From: Octopus vulgaris
Lineage: Eukaryota
Reading direction: 5' to 3'
Length of the DNA: 64,000 bases
Assembly (NCBI GenBank): GCA_951406725.2
Contig: OX597815.1
Coordinates: 213,652,001-213,716,000, forward strand
Made by a program: the position numbers and the translations under genes. This document shows positions 28,344-41,856 of this stretch, piece after piece. How positions within the stretch are numbered: position 1 is the stretch's first letter; every line of letters begins with the position of its first letter. The notes under the pieces were generated by a model, which had not been told where the DNA came from, did no database searches, and saw only the letters and a list, made by a program, of their open reading frames with translations.

Positions 28344-28396
28344 TAACAGCAAACAAGATGAGGACAAATGTCCGTCAATTGTAAATAATGTAAATA

Positions 28397-28738
28397 AGGA
28401 TATCAAGTAGTAATGCTGTTCAACCGTTTCAAGCGGCTCCATTTAATTGGACAATGCAATCATTACATCAATTTAAATGCAGTTCTATGAAATTGTAGTC
28501 TCTTCTTAGCCACTTTGCTACAATAGCGACAACCTGAATTTCTTCCATCTTCTTACTCTGTTAATATATTTAACAAAAAATTATATTAATGTGTCCTACT
28601 TGTTAAAAAATTCTATATTTTGTGCAACTGAAGATAGCACTACATTGAAATTGATATAATGATTGATTTGTTCAATTAAATGGAGTCGCTTGAAACGGTC
28701 GTACTGCATTACTACTTGATATCCTGTTGCTTATTTTG
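28397..28738. repeat. Fold-back element with ~90-bp diverged arms and a hammerhead in the right arm
   Basis: AGGATATCAAGTAGTAATGC...CCGTTTCAAGCGGCTCCATTTAATTG pairs with CAATTAAATGGAGTCGCTTGAAACGG...GCATTACTACTTGATATCCT; (TA)n follows. Confidence 0.85.
28623..28708 (+). ncRNA. Type I hammerhead ribozyme, slightly degenerate
   Basis: TGCAA-CTGAAGA-TAGCACTACATT...AATGGAGTCGCTT-GAAA-CGGTCG-TA-CTGCA. Helix I TGCA/TGCA with an A.C mismatch next to the core; extended helix II; GUA cleavage triplet. Confidence 0.6.
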
Positions 28739-28803
<65 letters not shown>

Positions 28804-30001
28804 TATAATATAATATATGACGGGCTTATTTCAATTTCCGTCTATCAAATCCACTGAAGGCTTTGGTCGAACAGGCTATAGTAGAAGACACTTGCCCCAG
28901 GTGCCACGCAGCGGAACTGAACCCGGAACCATGTGGTTGGGAAGCAAGTTTCTTCCCACACAGTTACGCCTGCTCCTATGTTCAGAATGTTATCATCTCT
29001 TTTCCAAATCTAGCTGTACATTATTCAATATTGTAGTGTTAGATTTGATACATATGTGTGAATTAAAAGAGATTTCAGTGCTGGAGATATCATTGTGATT
29101 CTCAATTGAGTTTTTTTTTTATGCAGTGAGAAACCAGTCCTTGGGTTGTAGGTTTTGCAATTTCGTGCATCTGAGAATGTCAGGAGAGATCGTCCGGAAT
29201 TGTGAAATCCAGTATTTGTAGGTACTTTGAGGAGTTGATTCCTTTTATTGCCATGTCCTTATCAGCAAATGTTTTCGCCATCTCTGTCCATAGAAGCACT
29301 TTAAGATTGAAGCGAAGTTTCTGGGTTGTATGTGAATGAGTCTGTGTGGGGAGTGTTAGGAAGGAGCGAAGTGTGAAGAGCAGTATTATCTTTATAGGTG
29401 TGGATATTGTTAGAGGTGTCAGCAGCAAGTTAGTCCTTAATGCACAATATGAAAAGTGTGCGTGATGCTGTTATGTCTTGGGACACACAAAAGCTAATTT
29501 GATGTGAGTCAGAAGAGCCTCCATCTGTACATGCGAAGAAAAGATAATCTGACATGAAGCTTCTGACAAGGGTGGGAAAGAGCACATAGACGAGTAATTT
29601 AATTAGGAGATTAACGAACAGGATGAAAGCTTCTTCACCAATGGGGGGATCCAAGCACTGCAACACCGACGGAAGAAGTGTGGACCGCAAGGTGGACTAA
29701 GTAGAAAAGTAGACCTCATTTGGTCTTATTCCATGAAAGCATCTTGGTCAGCCTATGCACTTTTCAACCAAACCGTATATGCGTGTAGGTATTTGCATTG
29801 TGTTTATCCTCCACCACCGTTTGATAACTGGTGTTGTTTTGTTTATATTTCCCTAATATTCGACAAAAAAAGACGATGGAATAAGTGCCATAAAAAAATT
29901 AGTACACGCGCTTAGTTTATTCCTTTAAAACATTAGAGGCGTTGGCCCAGCATGGCCGCAGTCCAACCACTGAAACAAGAGATAAAAGATATATATATAT
30001 A

Positions 30002-31261
30002 TTGGGTCATTCCACAGATAATGCGGTTTTTTTCAAGTCGGAAGGGGTCAAGATAAACTACCTGCATCAACTTGCTATAAAAGCAGGTAGTAATTTTACC
30101 TTATACTTATTCTTAGTGTAAGTTTTGAAGAGTGCAGTTCGATTTTAACTGTTATTTTTTTCTAAGCTATAATGGAAGTGACAAAGGAGCATATTTTGCT
30201 TTATGAGTTCAGTAGAGGCAACAAAGCAATGAAAAGTGTGATGAATATTAATGCAGTATATGGGGATCGGATAATAAGCGTAAGCCTGTGTCAACGGTGG
30301 TGGTTTCAGAAATTCCGAGCCGGGAACTACAGCCTAGAAGATGAGCCTCATCGTGGAAGATCTGCAGAGCTCGACGAGGACGTCCTGCAAACACTGGTGG
30401 AACAAAATCCCATCGTAGCTGTTGAGGAACTAGCAGAGAAGTTTGAATTTGGTCACTCAACCATTCATCGGCACCCTCGTGCCATGGGAAAAGCCAGAAA
30501 ATTGGGTCAATGTGTTCCTCACAAACTTACCGAGTCTAATCGCGTGCGGAGAGTTAATGTTTGCTCTTCTTTGCTGTCATGTCTCACGAATGAACTTTTT
30601 TTGGACTGAATAGTGACTGGTGACGAGAAATGGGTTCGCTATAAAAACGTGAAGCGCTGAAAACAGTGGGTAGGGAAAAGAGAAACACAGGCACCCCAGA
30701 CTAAAGAGGTCTTCACTCACGTAAGGTGTTGTTATCTCTTTGGTGATATATGAAAGGTTTAGCCCACTTTGAACTTTTAAACCCAAACCAAACGATAACA
30801 AAGGAGATCTACTGCGAGCAGCTTGAGCGGCTTAAGTCAGTGCTAGAAGAAAAACGACCATCTTTGGTTTCAAGACGAAAGGTGTTCTTCCATCAGGATA
30901 ATGTTCGGCCACATACAGCAAGGATTCGAAAGGCAAGAGCAGTTTGAATGAGAAACGATGCCCCAGTCAACATATTCGCCGGACATTGCCCCATCTGATT
31001 ATTATTTATTCCGCAGTCTTGAAAACATTTGAACGAAAAAATATAAGAATTCTGTAGACGAAGTGAAAACAGTACTGGAGGAATATTTTTCGTCACGGAC
31101 AAGTGAATTTTGGAAGAGGGGCCTTGCAAGTCTACCGGATACATGGAAAAGCATTGCAGAAAATGAAGGAGAGTATATTTTAGATTACAAAATAGATTTG
31201 TTTACCTTAATTTTGAAAAAAAAAAGGATTAAAAAACCGCATTATTTATGGGATGACTCAA
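30002..31261 (+). mobile_element. Full-length (~1.26 kb) but defective mariner (DD34D-type) transposon
   Basis: TIRs TTGGGTCATTCCACAGATAATGCGGTTTTT / AAAAACCGCATTATTTATGGGATGACTCAA with TA flanks. Transposase pieces with CVPHKL (WVPHEL motif), IVTGDEKW, HQDNVRPH and YSPDIAPSDYYLF, interrupted by stops and frameshifts. Confidence 0.92.
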
Positions 31262-31281
31262 TATATGTATAAAAATATAAA

Positions 31282-31370
<89 letters not shown>

Positions 31371-32074
31371 ATATATCTCTGTGTGTGTGTAAACGGGATG
31401 AGATACACATGACATTCAACGTAAGCAGAATTAATAATCATAGCTGTCTTTTATAATGAAAACTGATTTCCTTTCTCCTAGCAAGGCGGATATTGATTGA
31501 GGAAACATTTAGACTTTATACTTCCAGTGATATTCGGAACGAAGCCAACACCTTTAAGATCTGTTCTCCCTAACATGCGGCGAATTCTTTTTTATTGCTA
31601 TCATCCTAACCTTTATTTCTTTACGTTGCTTCTTTTCTTTCTCCTTGTACTCCTTCAATCTCACTCTCACTCTTTCTCTCTCTCTCCCTCTCACTCTTTC
31701 TCTCTCTCCCTCTCACTCTTTCTCTCTCTCTCTCTCTCTCTCTCTGCGTGTCTATCCTTTACATACACACATTGGTGTCTTTTATTTAGCTGTATTACCT
31801 CACCAACAACCATCTGTTGCAGAGGAATTTCAGAAGGCGTTGCAAAGCACGCGCCCAGACGAAATCATACACACTCACCCTCCAACACACACACACACAC
31901 ACACGCGTGCGCGTGCGCGCGCACACACACACGCACACAGATATACACACACACTAACCTCACACGCACACATACAAACATACGCACGTATATGTACAGA
32001 CATACGCTTATGTATGTGTATATATACATAACCACAAAAACATCTTATGACACTCATACACGTGTGTTGTACGA

Positions 32075-32135
<61 letters not shown>

Positions 32136-32344
32136 TATATGTATGTATGTATGTTTGTTTGTTTGTCTGTTTGGGGGAGTCATTATTTTTTTTATATTCA
32201 CATAAGTATATATGAATGGAGATCTATACAGGTATGTAGATACGTATAACGATAGGTATACTCTCGCTGTCGTTATACCTACCTACATGTATGACCACCA
32301 AATGTATTGAATAAATTCCATTAAAAGAGTACCTTATTTCTGGC

Positions 32345-32613
32345 TTACTCTTTTACTTGTTTCAGACAGTTGACTGCGGCCATGCTGGATCACCGACTTT
32401 GGTCGAGCAAATCGACCCCAGGACTTATTTTTTGGAAGCCTAGTACTTATTTTATCGGTCTCTTTTGCCGAGCCGCGAAGTTACGGGGACGCAAACACAC
32501 CAGCATCGGTTGTCAAGCGATGTTGGGGGACAAACACAGACACACAAACATATACACATACATACATACATACATACATACATACATACATACATACATA
32601 AATACATACACAT

Positions 32614-32672
<59 letters not shown>

Positions 32673-32840
32673 TATATACGACGGGCTTCTTTCAGTTTCC
32701 GTTTACCAAATCCACTCACAAGGCTTTGGTCGGTCCGAAGCTATAGTGGAAGACACTTACCCAAGGATCCATGTGGTTCCTTGGGCAAGTGAACTCGGAA
32801 CCATGTGGCTGGTAAGCAATCTACTTACCACACAGCCACT
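32345..32840 (-). mobile_element. SINE family A copy
   Basis: Reverse complement of the family, with an expanded internal (CATA)n/(TA)n tract. Confidence 0.8.
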
Positions 32841-33399
32841 ATATATATACAAATGGAAAAGAGGACAAGTAACATAAAGAACGACCCTTCATCAGTTGTC
32901 GGTTGCCTATCTACTCCTCATTTCGAGTATTGAACAACATGAGTCTTCGAAAACAGTTGCTACCATATGTATCAAAATAAAATGGGCACAAAAACAGTAC
33001 AGGGGAGACAGGCAAGCAAACCGAACGAAGAAAGTATGGAGGGTCGTTAGACCAGAACGAGTGTAAAATTACGAACGCTGGAGAATTATTTTCTTTGACA
33101 AGAGAGAAGATAGAAGAGAGAGATAGGATACATCCAGAGTTTAGGACAACCCTGGGAAAAAAGATAGATGAGCACCTGAGGAAAAGAAAGATGGACGATG
33201 GTCACGTGTGCGCAGCGAGAGAGAGAGTATAGGAGAAAGAAGGAGAGAGAGACAGAGAGAGAGAGATGGAAAACGGTGAAGAGCAGAAAAAAGGAATTAG
33301 AGAAAGGATTAGAGAGAAAACGATAGGGGAGAAAATAGTATAGAGTAGAGTCGCATCAAAAAGATTAAGATAAATTTACATGGAAATGGATGCGTGGCG

Positions 33400-33668
<269 letters not shown>

Positions 33669-34078
33669 GTATAGCTCTTTTAATCATTTACTTGTTTCCG
33701 TCGTCTGACAGCGGCCATAAAGGAGCACCGCCTTGAGTTGAAGAAATCGACCCCAGGACATTTTATGTAGGCCTAGTACTTATTCTATCAGTCTGTTTTG
33801 CCGAATCGCTATGTTTCAGTAACATAAATACATTAACATCGGTTGTCAAGCAATGGTGGTGGTGGTGGTGGTGGTGGTGGGGCAAGCACAGACACAAAGA
33901 CATACACACACAAATGTATATATATATATATAAACACGACGGGTTCAGTCTCACTGTGTGACACCTTGGGCAAGGGTCTGCTATAGCCTCGAGGCGACCA
34001 AAGCCTTGAGAGCGGATTTGGGATTTTAACTTCTATTTCTAAACGGGTTTGACTACTTGTGCTTCCTTAAGCTTTGTG

Positions 34079-34116
<38 letters not shown>

Positions 34117-34479
34117 GGCGGACTGAGGGCATTAAGGTCCCTCGGGCATAACTGTTCACAAGATCCCTTAGCATTGATATCAAAGAATGTTAACATGTTG
34201 AGTGCGGGCCCTCAGAGCTTCGTACACGCACATGTCGTGCAAATGAAACATGCCTCATCGCATATGCGTGAGCACATATGAGTGCATGCATTGCCTATTG
34301 GACGATTAGGTATCCAGTTATAGACGGACGCCTACCAGATAGGTACAAACGCGTACAATCGGATCCATTAAAAACACACAAAAAATTGTGTATTCTTGAC
34401 CGGTCAACGCGATCGTGTTTTCTACCTGACTTTTGAATTGAGGATTACTAACGAAACCGCAGTTCTTACAGCTTACCCA

Positions 34480-35165
34480 ACATATTGTATTATCTCTCCA
34501 GGTGCGTACATTTTTACGCAAGTCTAATTGTAATCTGTAGAAATTTTTCTGTCAGTGATATGGAAAAACGTTCCCTTAATTCTCCGTCCACTGACTCGGA
34601 AAAAAGGTTCTGTAGACGATATCACGAAGATTATATCAAATATGGTTTTGCATCCAGTGTAGAAAATCCTTTTTTAACACAAGGCCAAGGATCTCACTGA
34701 AGGTTTCTTGACGTTTTTCCTGACGACTTGTCGCTGGTATTTTAAAGTTAATTCAATTTGTTATATTCCCTCAAACGTTTACACGACCTTTTGTACTGGT
34801 ACCAACTTCACTCATCACATTCTTTGAATTTACCCTTCACATTGTTATATTTTAACTGTACAGCTTATTTTCCGAATAAAATGGTGTGTTTTCCACGACT
34901 CAGTAACCTTTTCTATTCGATTCTATCAAATAAAGCTTCCTTGAGAATCCTGTGCATTTGCAAATTGGTTTTGTTATTGGTGTTCTCAGTTGTTCTCTGT
35001 GATGTCCCTTACGAGAACGAAAAAGGAACTTTCATTGCAAAGTGAAAATGATACTAATACTCATGAGTAGCAGTTCTTTTATAATAAATTTAAAATTTGA
35101 GGTGGTCCACAGGAAAAAATTACCTATTTTGGTGGTCCACAGCGAAAATTGGTTGGGAACCCCTG
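34480..35165 (+). mobile_element. hAT (Charlie/Buster-like) DNA transposon remnant
   Basis: 'RRYHEDYIKYGF' resembles a Buster/Charlie N-terminus; right end GGTGGTCCAC...GGTTGGGAACCCCTG resembles a hAT TIR. Confidence 0.5.
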
Positions 35166-35182
35166 ATGTATATAATTATAAA

Positions 35183-35227
<45 letters not shown>

Positions 35228-35232
35228 TATGT

Positions 35233-35287
<55 letters not shown>

Positions 35288-35339
35288 CTTAGATATGTTA
35301 TGTATATATATATATATATATATATAAAACAGATAAAGC

Positions 35340-35610
35340 TTAGATATGTTTCGACCAAAGATTGATCCAGGCCATGTCTAACTTAGTAGTACCACCTGAT
35401 AGGATTTTCGAATAGGGAGTTATTATTGAGTGAGTTGTATCCAGGTACAGGTGGCTTATCTGATATTTCTTGAAGAAATTTGTCCAGGTCCCGTTTAAAG
35501 GTAAAGGGATCCTTTTCCTCTTTGATCTGTTTCGGGACAATGTTAAATAGTGCAGGGCCTGTTGAGGAAAAGAAATTATGTTGCTGTGTATTTATGTGTT
35601 GTGATCCTGA

Positions 35611-35612
<2 letters not shown>
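35340..35612 (-). mobile_element. CR1-group LINE 3' fragment
   Basis: 'HNFFSSTGPALFNIVPKQIKEEKDPFTFKRDLDKFLQEISDKP' is a typical CR1-type RT C-terminus. Confidence 0.65.
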
Positions 35613-35681
<69 letters not shown>

Positions 35682-36146
35682 AAATTAGTGTACATTTAAA
35701 CACATAAGAGGTGCCCTGGCGGGATACCTAACAAGCTAGAATGATCAATCAAAATCCCAACCACAATTAGGGGTAATTTCGAAGGGGGTGAAAAATAAAA
35801 ACATTTACAATATTTTGTTACCGGACCATGATTTCGAACTTTAATTAGCAAATAAATAATTTGCTAGGCGAACTTCTCCTCAGCGGGTACGCCAAAGATT
35901 AACATATAATTATGAGGTAAAATAGCGCATGTCTCATCTTTATATATTATAATTTTTCAAATCCACCGCGCAAGCGCAGTTTTTGTTGGGAGGAAATATA
36001 AATGTCGATTTACTTCAAAATTACTAAAATCATATTAGGAAAAACATACAGGGTAGGAAAATTATAGAAATGTTTCTACTAGTGGCTTAGCATGCAGAAA
36101 GGAGTCAATACCCTATACAAATTATTCATATAAAATTAGTGTACAT
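35682..36146 (-). mobile_element. ~451-bp hammerhead-bearing monomer bounded by a 14-bp direct repeat, adjacent to (TA)n
   Basis: AAATTAGTGTACAT at 35682-35695 and 36133-36146; contains the hammerhead at 35819-35889. Confidence 0.7.
35819..35889 (-). ncRNA. Type I hammerhead ribozyme
   Basis: Minus strand reads TACCCG-CTGAGGA-GAAGTT..TAGCAAAT(loop)ATTTGCTA..AAGTTC-GAAA-TCATGG-TC-CGGTA. GUC triplet, near-palindromic helix III. Confidence 0.75.
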
Positions 36147-36194
36147 ATATATGTTCTTTTAATTTTTGAAAATGTTTCAGTCATTTAAACTTTT

Positions 36195-36585
36195 TTACAT
36201 CTTTCAGTTATTTGACTGTGGCCATGCTGGAAGACCGCTTTTAGTGGAACAAATTGACCCCAGGACTTATTCCTTGTAAGCCTAGCACTTATTCAATCGG
36301 CCTCCTTTGCCGAACCACTAAGTTTCGGAGATGTGTACACACCAGCATCGGTTGTCAAGCGATGGTGGACACACACACACACATGCACACACACACATAT
36401 ACGGTGGGCTTCTTTCAGTTTCCGTCAACCGAATCCACTCACAAGGCTTTGATCGGCCCGAGGCTATAATAGAAGACATTGGCCCAAGGTACCACGCATT
36501 GGAACCCGGAACCATGTGCTTGGGAAGTAAGCTTCTTATCACAGGCGCCTATGAGCCATGCTTTCAGCAATACCCACGCCTGTGG

Positions 36586-36638
<53 letters not shown>

Positions 36639-36833
36639 TGTGTGTGAGTGTGCGTGTGTGTGTGTGTAGGCGCAGAAGTGGCTGTGTGGTAAGTAGTTTG
36701 CTTACCAACCACCACATGGTTCTGGGTTCAGTCCCACTGCATGGCACCTTGGGCAAGTGTCTTCTATTATAGCCTCGAGCCGACCAAAGCCTTGTGAGTG
36801 GATTTGGTAGACGGAAACTGAAAGAATCCCGTC

Positions 36834-36899
<66 letters not shown>

Positions 36900-37110
36900 C
36901 ATACACATATATATATCTGTCCCCAACACCACTTGGCAACTGATGTTGGTGTGTTTACGTCCCCGTAACATAGCGGTTCGGCAAAAGAGCCCGTTAGATA
37001 AAGTACTAGGCTTACAAAGTATAAGTCCTGGGGGCGATTTTCTCCACTATAGGCGTTGCACCAGCATGGCCGCAGTCAAATGACTGAAAAAAATGAAAGA
37101 ATAGAAGAAA
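36195..37110. mobile_element. Two SINE family A copies head-to-head (minus ~36195-36550; plus ~36668-37110)
   Basis: Family head, core and tail sequences on opposite strands. Confidence 0.8.
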
Positions 37111-37180
37111 AGAACATATATGTATGTATGTATGTATGTATGCATGCATGCATGCATGTATGTATACATGTATGTATGTG

Positions 37181-37347
<167 letters not shown>

Positions 37348-37860
37348 CGTCGTATTGAACTAATTGTAATCTAATAGGGCTACATTAAGGGAAATTTAAT
37401 TAAATACGTAATTAGATTTATTGTGAAAATGTAATTAAAAACATTGAGGCAAGAAATAAAAATGTATAAATTGGCCTTTAGGCCTACTCGGCACGATTTG
37501 TGCTGTACATGAATTTTCTATATTTCAGAAATGTCAAGAGGGAATTTCATTTTCAGAGAAACTTTTGTGACAAGTTATGAACATTAATATAATATACTTT
37601 AAATGATATATAATATAGTATGATATAATACGATATAATATGATATAATATAACATAATATATAATAATATATTATTATACAATATAATGTATACAATAT
37701 AATATACATATATACATATCAATACACACACACATATACATACATACACACATCAGACACACTCACAGACACAGACACACGCGCGCTTACACACACACAT
37801 ATGCATACAGTAATACCGAACACTAAGAATGAGTACTCTGCACTGTATTGGTGGTATAAA

Positions 37861-37979
37861 TATTCTTTATTTGTGGATTAACAAGGCGACCAATGGTTTC
37901 ATGTAACACGCATGAACAATTGTGAAAATCTCTTCACATGAAAGTACTGGGTGCCTTGTTAACCTACAAATAAAGTATA
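37861..37979. repeat. Fold-back with a truncated hammerhead on the minus arm
   Basis: CTTTATTTGTGGATTAACAAGGC pairs with GCCTTGTTAACCTACAAATAAAG. Minus strand reads TGAAGA...CAT-GAAA-CCATTGG-TC-GCC. Confidence 0.7.
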
Positions 37980-38989
37980 TATAATATAATGTAATATTAT
38001 ATAATATATTCTAATATAGTATATAATGTAATATATGTAATATATATATATAATATAATATAATATAATATAATATAATATAATATAATATAATATAATA
38101 TATATATATATATATAGACAGACACACAAATACACACACACACGCACACACATTTATAATTTCACTTCTACTAGCAGCCATCAGAAAAAACCCCCACTAA
38201 CAGTACCATGCGCATTTCATAAGAATAACACGTGAACTCTGATATAAGGAACGATCAATTTTTATTTATTTTAGCTTATGTTCTACTTTGGCAACAGAAC
38301 TAAATTGTTTTAGAAGACGATGGAACCCAGTAGAATATTTTGAAAAATGGAAACATTATAAATGACTAATACTATTGGAAAAATAACAGAATACATCACA
38401 GTATTCTAGTATGCCTTAAACTTTGGAAATTATGTATCTTGTCAAAGGAATTGACTTCTTTAGCTCTTTTTCCGTGGTTTGCATTCTAAAAGAAAACTCA
38501 ATAAAAGTATGAGCTAACTTGAAAGACTACGTGAATGCTCGATCTACTAAAAATAAGAGCTAAGGTTTTTGCAATCGTACCCCAAAGTTTTCAGAAAGAT
38601 GAAGGACAGGTAACATGCTTTAAAGAATAAAAGGATAGTCAAGAGTGTAATGCAGTCCATTACAAGTCGACCCAGTTTGACCTACGATACAATGCGTAAC
38701 TATAGTAACCACCCTTGAAGGCAGTGCCCCAGCATGGTCGTAGTTCAATGACTAAAACAAGTAAAAGAAAAGAATAAAAGAAAACGCCTTTGAAAAGATG
38801 ATCGAAAATGTATCGGAACTCCTAATTCCATCTTCGCTGGAATAGCATTGATTACTTTGTTACTGAGTAGTTTGTCGGCGATAAATCAGCAGCATATCTC
38901 TTTTCTGACTACAACCACTAATCGTAATACCCACTATACTGGCCGTTTAAATGCACTTTAAAGCGCTCTTATAAAAGACAATCCCGCTA

Positions 38990-39300
38990 TTATTGAATGC
39001 ATAAACAAGCACCAACATAGGGAATACTGGTGGAACATTTCTATCAAAACTTATATCAAGCGTAAACATAACAGGACAGACATAGTTGTTTAGCGGAGAC
39101 AAGAAAATATGTAACTGTCCTATTGACGTGAATGTCTCTTTGGAAAATAGAAAGGGGATAACTATGGACAACTACTTCGGAACCTTCAGTTTCTATATCC
39201 AGATTATAAATCCACTTTTATACCTATAATAATTGGTGCATTTGGTTTTGTTACTAAATCCCAAAGTGACAAACTGGAAAAGTTAAGGTTTCCAGATAAA
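38990..39300 (+). pseudogene. Decayed R4/Dong-like LINE restriction-like endonuclease fragment
   Basis: Broken frames give WWNISIKT...HNRTDIVV, IDV, YGQLLRNLQFLYPDY and PIIIGAFG, matching the RPD...EK..KY-type endonuclease context. Confidence 0.55.
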
Positions 39301-39481
39301 GAAATCAACTCGCTAACACGCACGATGCAGTGGAACAGTAAAAATAAGCAAGACTTTGCTCATGTTCAAAATCTGACCATGTTTTTATTATCTACATTCC
39401 GACGATGGAGCTTTGTATCTCTGTTAGAAACCAACTCCTTTGCAGGAAGAATTCAAATGATTGAAACTAGAAAATATACAT

Positions 39482-39646
39482 AGGCGCAGGAGTGGCTGTG
39501 TGGTAAGTAGCTTGCTTACCAACCACATGGTTCCGGGTTCAGTCCACTGCGTGGCATCTTGGGCAAGTGTCTTCTGCTATAGCCCCGGGCCGACCAATGC
39601 CTTGTGAGTGAATTTGGTAGGCGGAAACTGAAAGAAGCCTGTCGTA

Positions 39647-39711
<65 letters not shown>

Positions 39712-39930
39712 TTTTCTATGTCTGTGTTTGTCCCCTTAGCATTGCTTGACAACCGATGCTGGTGTGTTTACGTCCCCGTCACTTAGCGGTTCGGCAAAAG
39801 AGACCGATAGAATAAGTACTAGGCTTACAAAGAATAAGGCCCGGGGTCGATTTGCTCGATTAAAGGCGGTGCTCCAGCATGGCCGCAGTCAAATGACTGA
39901 AACAAGTAAAAGAATAAAAGAATAAAAGAA
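39482..39930 (+). mobile_element. SINE family A, best-preserved full copy
   Basis: AGGCGCAGGAGTGGCTGTGTGGTAAG (A box), GGTTCAGTCC (B box-like), CTTGGGCAAGTGTC core, internal (TA)n(TG)n, (TAAAAGAA)n tail. Confidence 0.9.
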
Positions 39931-41807
39931 TACATGCATTCATATAAGCACATATATTTTCAATATAAAGTGTGTCAGACGTTCATATTTTCCGCTCATT
40001 TATTTTCTCTATAGACGTGTGTTATAGTCTCAAGTAAATAAGTATATTTACACGAATATTTATTGAGCATTCTTGTTGAAATATGTTTTACTAAGACTAA
40101 GTATGAAATGCTCTGTGGAGGACTTATATGCCCCTAAAAATTTAACTCCATGTTGAGCACGTTGGACTAATTTTTTTCTCAGGAGCCAGTTTCTCCCTGT
40201 TGAGTATAAAAATATTTGTTTTTGCGACACATTTGTTAATTTCTATTCAATTCCACGTGACTACCAGTTACAGGGAAAATCTGTTTTTTTACATCTCTAA
40301 TGAAAGATATTCTTCTGTAGAGGAAGAATTTCTACGAAACAAGAACGTCACGCATATTTTCTTAGATCATGTATCAGACGTCGGCTCTTCCATTTATTGT
40401 AGATAAACTTATATCGTAGTACCAAGTAATTCATAATTGATACAAATATTTGTTGAGTACTTTTGGTGAAAAATACCCCACTAACGCTATTTATGATGTA
40501 CCATGTGGAGCACGTATGTTTTATTACAAAGTGCATGTATATGTATGTATGTATGTGCGTTGTGTGAGTAAATATGTATCTGTAAAAACATATTTGTATA
40601 TAATATATATATATTTGTATATATATATATCAGAGAGAGGAAATTTGGCGAGTGGAATGTAACCCAGACAAATGTCAAGTTTCGGTGAATTCCGTTTGCA
40701 CTTGATATACTTTGCAATACTCAAGCATAATTTTTTATTTCCAAGACGCAGCAGGAGGCCCCAAGTCTACTCGATCTCTAAGAAAACGAACCAAAATTCT
40801 AACAGATTTCTCAAAAAGCTTCTTCCAGACACTGTCGTTGGTTAATTCTACTTTAATGACTCACTAATAAACTTTTAGTGAGTCTACAGTCGTTATTATC
40901 TTTGCAGTTTAGTCCAGTCAGTTTAAGCCGAGCCTACCTGTGTTGAAAGGCATTCCAGTTATGACCATCCCACCTGATTCTTATATGCAAGGAACCTATG
41001 CCCTCATATTCCAACGTGTCCGTTTTTGTTTTCAAATTTATATTCTAAGATGGTTGAGTACGATCATGCTGGGGCACCGCCTTGAAGGGTTTCAGTATTT
41101 ATTTTATCAGTCTTACTTGCCGAACCACTAAGGGACGGGGTTCATAAACAAAGCAACACCGGTTATCATGTGGCGAAAGAGAGGCAAACACAACACAAAG
41201 GCGCACACGCATGCATTCACAATCATATGCATATACACATATATGTATATATGTGTATATATATATATATATATGTATGTATACACACACACATTCACAT
41301 ACATATATACATATAGAGTCTGTAGGTGAGAGTTAAGACAGTCCAGTACACGAAACCCATGCGACTGCTCGAATGAATTTGAACTTAAATTCCAGCTTCT
41401 CACCTTTGCTAACCTTTTCTTCAAAGGGACGGCAGACTTATTGTAAATAACTTCGTTGCTTACCTATGACTTCATGCATAAATCACCTGCAAGTTATGGT
41501 TGTTACATACCTCTTGGCTTCCTGAGACAGGTGTCCAGATTAGGTATTACATAATTTCCATATATGCATAATTTGATTTTAATTCGGTATTTCTTGTGCT
41601 CCATCTATATATATATATCTATATCTATGAAGCCTAATTGTATCTATCTAACTTACTCCTTGCTGTCACCGTTTTCTTTCTTTTTTTTCTTTCTTTCTAT
41701 CTATCTATCCTCTCACTTTCTCTCTTCATATATATGCATGCATACATACATACATGCATACATATACATACATACATGCATACATATACATACATACACA
41801 CACACAC

Positions 41808-41856
<49 letters not shown>

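Noticed and set aside
32870-32960. Minus-strand CTGATGA (and a related CTGAAGA near 26385)
   Set aside because: No properly placed GAAA and pairing helices found.
38947-39171. Hydrophobic 74-aa minus-strand ORF as a membrane-protein exon
   Set aside because: The opposite strand carries R4/Dong-like endonuclease motifs, which explains the region better.
40858-40884. Hairpin GACTCACTAA/TTAGTGAGTC as a Helitron end or terminator
   Set aside because: No correctly spaced CTRR end and no other supporting element sequence.
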